Source of the DNA: an uncultured Chlorobiaceae bacterium
GTDB taxonomy: Bacteria; Bacteroidota; Ignavibacteria; UBA10030; SZUA-254
NCBI GenBank assembly: GCA_964484465.1
Contig: CAZAFL010000007.1
Location: 16,567-80,566, forward strand
DNA: 64,000 nt
Direction of reading: 5' to 3'
The notes beneath the pieces are model-generated. The model was given only the letters and a program-made list of their open reading frames with translations, ran no database searches and was not told where the DNA came from. Shown here one piece after another: positions 60,462 through 64,000 of the stretch. Position numbers and translations under genes: made by a program. The first letter of the stretch is position 1, and each line of letters begins with the position of its first letter.

Positions 60462-60767
60462 CTATGAAAAAATATTTAATTTCTTATACGTATTTTGATT
60501 GCCTGTAGATATAACGTTGCATTTGAGGCGACCATCACTTTTGTCAACATTGTTTTCCCACTGGAGGGGTCGGAGGTTGTGCAATGAATCTGAACCCCCC
60601 GGTAAAATGTGATCTATTTCCCAGCCATAATCGGAATTTCTATTTCCGTATTGTTCTCTGTTGATCCAAGCACCACAGGCATCCTTTCTCCAAACTGATG
60701 GATCATAACTGGGTACCACGGTCCCCTTTTCCCAAACATCTTGGACGATTTCTTCGGTATTATTCAT
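60462..60767 (-). CDS. HNH endonuclease
   Basis: WRKDACG...GWEIDHI...NLRPLQWENN; GAGGAG RBS before ATG 60767. Confidence 0.9.
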   Translation of the reverse strand: MNNTEEIVQDVWEKGTVVPSYDPSVWRKDACGAWINREQYGNRNSDYGWEIDHILPGGSDSLHNLRPLQWENNVDKSDGRLKCNVISTGNQNTYKKLNIFS

Positions 60768-61430
60768 TCTAGTTCTCCTCATCTATTTTCGGACATCTCG
60801 TGAAAGAATGCCGGCGATGCCTCGTTGAGAGTCGAGTAAAATATTGTGCCGGATATGTATCAGCCATGAATACGTCCGCGGCGTAGGTTTTACTGCGAGA
60901 CAGGTGTGTTAGTCTGAGCGATAGCTCGCGAGATGGCGATGCGAATGGAAACCTGCGATCCCGATTGTAGTGGGCTGACCAAAGACGCCCTATGCCCCAT
61001 TGGGGTGTCAGGCGATGTGAAGCAAAGCCAAGATCCAACTCTGAAGTGCGATGGTGAAAACCGTACTTCCCTGAGGTGGCGGAAACCCGTTTCCGACGCG
61101 TTGGATTTATTGCAGGCCAAAACGCACCAACTCTCCCTAAAGCACACAACGCAACTGTTGATGTCGCCAATGCTACGGGAGCAGATGATTTCGATTGCGT
61201 GGTAGAATGTCATATGAATTCAGCCCAAGTCATGGGCTGATGGAGCGTCAATGGATCAGCCTCACTCGCCGCCACTTTCTCAGACTCCCATTCGACGACA
61301 CATCGCTCGGAGATTCTGTCTCATGAATAAGAACGGTGGTCAACGCATCATAGGTTGGCTTCGCGGTCTTTCCCGATATGCTCGATCCACCCATCCACAT
61401 GCAAGTCAAGTCTGGCGGAAAGGCACTCGA

Positions 61431-62783
61431 TCATAATGCTGGTGTGTGAGTTGTATGAGGTGAAAGCTTTGCCCCCCCGACATGGCGGATATTCTGCGCT
61501 CTCAATCCAGCACGATTCTTCTTCTTATCGAAGGACGGAACCGTGTCGAAGCTTACCCAATCACCCTCTTTCGAGTCTGCTGGAAGGTCGGACTTGAAGC
61601 AGAAGACGTCACCGTCTGACTTAGTTTTGATAAAGCAGTACGGGCGATCACTGGGGCCAAGTAGAACCTGCCCATGAATGTTTTCTTTTCGTAGCGGACG
61701 ATTTCCCAAGCGATTGGCAGAACCTCCAGCAATTTCGTTCCAGAAGAGACGACATATGTCCAGTGTTTCTTTCATGGGTAATTCCGGGAGAGGTGTTGAT
61801 GACAGTCTGGCCAATGAACTTGTCAATGATTGCGGCAATGACCAACCCTTTTCTTGTCGAATTAACTTCGAGAGGCTCAGATGAATCCCAGCTTCCACAT
61901 CCTTTGCGAGATCCAAGCAGATTTGTCCAATATCAGCGTACAACGTAACTGACATTTCGACGTTTGGGCAACTGAGTGCAGATTGACACATCATAGCCAA
62001 TGCTTCTTCCTTATGTCCATTGTCTGATATTACAGTAGCATATTCGTGTAATAACCACCACTCCGTATGCTTTCCCCGGCAGATATCGGAGTAGAGTTTT
62101 TGAGCCTGATCCAGCTCCCCCACTTTATGAAGAGCTATCGCTTTAAGTCGGAGGAAGAACTTTCTTTGCCTTAGGAATCTGGATGAAATCTCATCCACAA
62201 TTCGAATGACGTCCGAAAAATCCTCCTTTTCCAACAACGCATTAAGGCGATAGTTGTACCAAAGAGACTGATCACTCCAGCCTTCCCGTCCATTATCAGT
62301 CTTCATCGGCTCCATGGAGAGTGCAGCCGGATCAATTTTCACTACCCACTCGTCTACAACTTCCCACTTACCCAAGGCCTTCGCTACTTTCAACACTTTA
62401 AAGACTACTAGTTTGAGAGCAAGGCCATCCGGGTTAAGATCCATTATTTTCTTGGCAACGGGAAGCACGTCCTGAACGGTAGCCTCTTCACTTAATTTAG
62501 ACAGTACTCCTTCGATGTAGGTCCAAATCACTTCAACGCGGCACCACTCGAGATCGATGCAATGCGGTGCGAGCTCGTCTGCAAGCGGGACGGCTTCATC
62601 GAAGAGCTTGAGTTTGCGAAGAGAATTTAGGAGACCTACACCGTCAAACTTGTCTCTGGATTCATTCCACAGCTTGGCATAGATCCCTCGAGCATCAGAA
62701 TAGTTGCCCGCCTTCCGGAGTTCCTTGGCCGTCTTCTTCAAATCATATTTGTCTGAGGTGTTCACAGCAGAACTTCTTCTCAA
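61431..62783 (-). CDS. TPR-repeat protein with C-terminal cold-shock (OB) domain
   Basis: Helical repeats; C-terminal PYCFI...DVFCFKSDL...GDWVSF...RAQNIR; start may be GTG 62765. Confidence 0.75.
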   Translation of the reverse strand: MRRSSAVNTSDKYDLKKTAKELRKAGNYSDARGIYAKLWNESRDKFDGVGLLNSLRKLKLFDEAVPLADELAPHCIDLEWCRVEVIWTYIEGVLSKLSEEATVQDVLPVAKKIMDLNPDGLALKLVVFKVLKVAKALGKWEVVDEWVVKIDPAALSMEPMKTDNGREGWSDQSLWYNYRLNALLEKEDFSDVIRIVDEISSRFLRQRKFFLRLKAIALHKVGELDQAQKLYSDICRGKHTEWWLLHEYATVISDNGHKEEALAMMCQSALSCPNVEMSVTLYADIGQICLDLAKDVEAGIHLSLSKLIRQEKGWSLPQSLTSSLARLSSTPLPELPMKETLDICRLFWNEIAGGSANRLGNRPLRKENIHGQVLLGPSDRPYCFIKTKSDGDVFCFKSDLPADSKEGDWVSFDTVPSFDKKKNRAGLRAQNIRHVGGAKLSPHTTHTPAL

Positions 62784-63286
62784 TCATTATTCAAGAATCA
62801 TACCCGTGGTTCGAAAATTAAAGTTTGAAACTCTTTTCAAAACTTGGTTCCCTAGTTGTGCGACTAATATTCGTGTAGAACTCATGATGATTCAGATTCT
62901 GAGAGACCTTTTGGAAAAAAGAACCCATACTCCGATTTCGTTTGCTGCATTCTCAAGAACTAATGGAGACGAATAAGGGGAGAGACAACTGCAGACAATG
63001 TGAGACTCGGATCTTCCAGTCATTGATGTTGTTGTCCTGATGTGATACCCAGTCATGAACGACGGTTTAGGAAACTTGGCCTCTCGTTTCGTAAGGATGT
63101 GAATCGTTGCATTGGCTTTATCATATTGGCAGTCTCGAGAGTAGAGAGTCCCAAACGATCTGAGAGAAACAATTCTGAATTATTCTTCTCCAGAAGTTGT
63201 TTAATATTTTGAATTCATTTATTCTAGTCCGACAAATCCGCCAATCTGTTTGCTAGCATAGATACCAATTCAATTTCTTTCTTCAC

Positions 63287-64000
63287 TTAATCCTTAATGA
63301 TTTTCTGTGTGGTCTTGAAATGCAGTTTTGCAACTTTCTCCAGACCAGGTTTTCCATGCTGTTTGTAGATGGTTCGTGCTACGGCTACCACCTGGTCTGA
63401 GGCTCCCTTAAGAAGATTAAAACCTATTTCTTGCGATAGTTTGCTTAGACCCTTAAGAAACTCTGCCCTAGCAAGGATTGACGCTGCAGCAACACCCGTA
63501 TTCTGTTCAGCCCGATGACGCTGGATAAGTTTAATGGATTTGCCTTTCGCCATTAGAGCATCAAGTATAAAACTTTCATCTCCAAATTGATCCGAGATAG
63601 CGTTTCCCACCTGGTGCTTTGCAAGGATGTTTTCGATTACACGCGCGTGACCCCATGCAAGAAGGCGGTTCAAATTGTGTTGGATGCCATGTTCTTCATA
63701 AAGCTCGTTATATCGAGTCGGAAAAATTCTTACAAGATCGAACCTTCCCTTGCATACAGACTCGATTTGGGAGGCAATGTGCGTCGCCTGTTTGTCATTA
63801 AGCAATTTGCTGTCTCTGACACCAATTTTTCTCAGGTCTATTTCAATTTCCTTGTCGACCAATACGCCCGCAATCACTAGAGGGCCAAAGTAATCGCCCT
63901 TACCGGATTCATCCACTCCGATCCATGGACCAGTAATGCTGGGGTCTGTGGTTGATCGCTGATCTTTGACTATTCTGTTTTGATCATTGTCATTGTCAAT
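63287..64000 (-). CDS. rnhC: Ribonuclease HIII (5'-partial, open to window edge)
   Basis: IGVDESGKGDYFGPLVIAGV, RDSKLL, DQF, VAAASILAR, AKLHFKT; frame stays open to 64000. Confidence 0.9.
   Translation of the reverse strand: MDNDNDQNRIVKDQRSTTDPSITGPWIGVDESGKGDYFGPLVIAGVLVDKEIEIDLRKIGVRDSKLLNDKQATHIASQIESVCKGRFDLVRIFPTRYNELYEEHGIQHNLNRLLAWGHARVIENILAKHQVGNAISDQFGDESFILDALMAKGKSIKLIQRHRAEQNTGVAAASILARAEFLKGLSKLSQEIGFNLLKGASDQVVAVARTIYKQHGKPGLEKVAKLHFKTTQKIIKD

Noticed and set aside
60769-61436. Overlapping 60-130 aa ORFs on both strands
   Set aside because: No motif, RBS or consistent frame

Overview
A 64 kb accessory region, probably from an Ignavibacteriota/Bacteroidota-group bacterium (one large secreted protein ends in a QNYPNPFNPTT-type C-terminal sorting domain). 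I saw no rRNA, tRNA, CRISPR array, intact integrase or transposase. In order: (1) a two-gene operon of very large hypothetical proteins (48-6596) whose paralogous pair recurs inverted at 29335-36968; (2) a membrane lipase-like gene and a patatin / ECF sigma / zinc anti-sigma operon; (3) a mostly minus-strand block of exported or lytic proteins (tail-fibre-like protein, zincin, T4-type lysozyme, 1637 aa lipase-FN3 protein, TolB-like protein, a signal-peptide-bearing proteasome-beta-like protease, VWD protein) with a decayed comM 3' fragment; (4) an integrase-less integron cassette array (about 42.6-49.2 kb: K+ channel, GmrSD and others) inside a phage/ICE-like module (sigma-like, SSB-like, Gp157, SLOG/DprA-like) punctuated by two families of structured non-coding repeats; (5) an unannotated 38 aa Cys-tailed peptide followed by two LpxL-like acyltransferases, divergent from an ECF sigma and multi-TM zinc anti-sigma; (6) a Bub-like bacterial ubiquitination operon, HNH nuclease, TPR-CSD protein and a partial RNase HIII at the right edge. 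The best candidates for undescribed systems are the peptide-acyltransferase-ECF locus, the structured repeats, the duplicated giant gene pair and the exported proteasome-like protease. All family calls are by eye from motifs; no database search was run.
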